Positions 17,558-18,841 of a DNA stretch of 18,841 bases are shown here, piece after piece (the first letter of the stretch is position 1; each line of letters starts with the position of its first letter). The translations under genes were made by a program, and so were the position numbers. The notes beneath the pieces are model-generated. The model saw nothing but the letters and a program-made list of their open reading frames with translations, searched no databases and had not been told where the DNA came from. Source of the stretch: a virus (Duplodnaviria > Heunggongvirae > Uroviricota > Caudoviricetes); the IMG/VR virus record IMGVR_UViG_2718217868_000006; one strand, given 5' to 3'.

Positions 17558-18841
17558 GTGAACACATTTTCAGTTTCCCGTCTGGCGCTGGCATTGGCTT
17601 TTGGCGTGACGCTGACCGCCTGTAGCTCAACCCCGCCCGATCAACGTCCTTCTGATCAAACCGCGCCTGGTACCTCTTCTCGCCCGATTCTGTCGGCAAA
17701 AGAAGCGCAGAATTTCGATGCTCAACACTATTTTGCATCCCTGACACCAGGTGCTGCAGCGTGGAATCCTTCCCCGATTACCCTGCCTGCGCAACCTGAC
17801 TTTGTTGTCGGCCCGGCGGGCACTCAAGGTGTAACGCATACCACGATTCAGGCGGCGGTAGATGCGGCAATTATCAAGCGTACCAACAAGCGCCAGTATA
17901 TTGCCGTGATGCCTGGTGAGTATCAGGGAACGGTATATGTCCCTGCCGCTCCGGGTGGAATTACTCTGTACGGTACAGGTGAAAAACCGATTGATGTGAA
18001 GATTGGGCTTTCCCTTGATGGTGGCATGAGCCCTGCCGACTGGCGTCACGACGTCAACCCGCGCGGCAAATATATGCCAGGTAAACCAGCGTGGTATATG
18101 TACGATAGCTGCCAGAGCAAACGCAGCGACAGTATCGGTGTTCTCTGCTCTGCGGTCTTCTGGTCACAAAACAATGGCCTGCAACTGCAAAATCTGACCA
18201 TCGAAAACACGCTGGGCGATAGCGTAGATGCAGGTAACCATCCGGCGGTGGCACTGCGTACTGATGGTGACCAGGTACAGATTAACAACGTTAACATTCT
18301 CGGTCGTCAGAACACCTTCTTTGTCACCAACAGCGGTGTGCAGAACCGTCTGGAAACGAATCGTCAGCCGCGTACGCTGGTGACCAACAGCTACATTGAA
18401 GGGGATGTGGATATCGTTTCTGGTCGCGGCGCAGTGGTGTTCGATAACACCGAATTCCGCGTGGTGAACTCACGTACTCAGCAAGAAGCGTATGTGTTTG
18501 CACCGGCTACGCTGTCCAACATTTACTACGGTTTCCTCGCCGTAAACAGCCGTTTCAATGCTTTCGGTGATGGTGTGGCGCAACTGGGCCGCTCGCTGGA
18601 TGTTGATGCCAATACCAACGGTCAGGTGGTGATCCGTGATAGCGCCATCAACGAAGGTTTTAACACGGCTAAACCGTGGGCCGATGCGGTGATCTCTAAT
18701 CGTCCGTTTGCGGGTAATACCGGCAGCGTAGATGATAACGACGAAATACAGCGCAATCTGAATGACACTAACTACAACCGCATGTGGGAATACAATAACC
18801 GCGGCGTGGGTAGTAAAGTGGTTGCAGAGGCGAAGAAGTAA
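17558..18841 (+). CDS. ybhC: Host lipoprotein YbhC (pectinesterase-family acyl-CoA thioesterase-like outer-membrane lipoprotein)
   Basis: 427-aa ORF with GTG start and lipobox LTAC, matching remembered E. coli YbhC, the gene flanking attB-lambda on the gal side. Confidence 0.9.
   Translation: MNTFSVSRLALALAFGVTLTACSSTPPDQRPSDQTAPGTSSRPILSAKEAQNFDAQHYFASLTPGAAAWNPSPITLPAQPDFVVGPAGTQGVTHTTIQAAVDAAIIKRTNKRQYIAVMPGEYQGTVYVPAAPGGITLYGTGEKPIDVKIGLSLDGGMSPADWRHDVNPRGKYMPGKPAWYMYDSCQSKRSDSIGVLCSAVFWSQNNGLQLQNLTIENTLGDSVDAGNHPAVALRTDGDQVQINNVNILGRQNTFFVTNSGVQNRLETNRQPRTLVTNSYIEGDVDIVSGRGAVVFDNTEFRVVNSRTQQEAYVFAPATLSNIYYGFLAVNSRFNAFGDGVAQLGRSLDVDANTNGQVVIRDSAINEGFNTAKPWADAVISNRPFAGNTGSVDDNDEIQRNLNDTNYNRMWEYNNRGVGSKVVAEAKK

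Noticed and set aside
17526-18297. - strand ORFs 17526..17747, 17627..18049, 18046..18297 and 18054..18254 antisense to ybhC
   Set aside because: Antisense to the host ybhC ORF; Arg-rich translations typical of antisense GC-rich frames.

Overview
This window is a defective, mosaic lambdoid prophage sitting at the lambda attachment site, plus the flanking host gene ybhC (17558..18841). The prophage covers 1..17511 and continues beyond the window start. Calls rest on reading the ORF translations and DNA motifs against remembered lambda, 434, phage 21 and DLP12/Qin sequences; no database search was run. On the + strand the early-left arm is lambda-like: N, an ea10-like gene, cIII, kil, gam, bet, exo (with an internal ochre stop), small early ORFs, ea22, ea8.5, xis, int and an attL core junction. 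The immunity region is 434-type: cI, cro and six ACAA-N6-TTGT operators, with a hex-like ORF where lambda has rexAB. On the - strand run cII, a 30-codon remnant of O fused onto a rusA-ylcG-Q block (so O, ori and P are missing), then a three-gene cargo island between Q and the lysis genes (Blc-like lipocalin, DUF523/DUF1722 protein, AT-rich AraC-type regulator), then a phage-21-type lysis cassette (holin, SAR endolysin, Rz/Rz1). No terminase, head or tail genes are present; the lysis cassette abuts two small prophage ORFs, a tail-fiber remnant and tfa. The best candidates for an undescribed function are an unrecognised, AT-rich 289-aa gene in the N-to-ea10 slot (where lambda has sieB/ral), the hex-like ORF, and the Q-S cargo island. 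No tRNA, rRNA, CRISPR array or IS element was seen.
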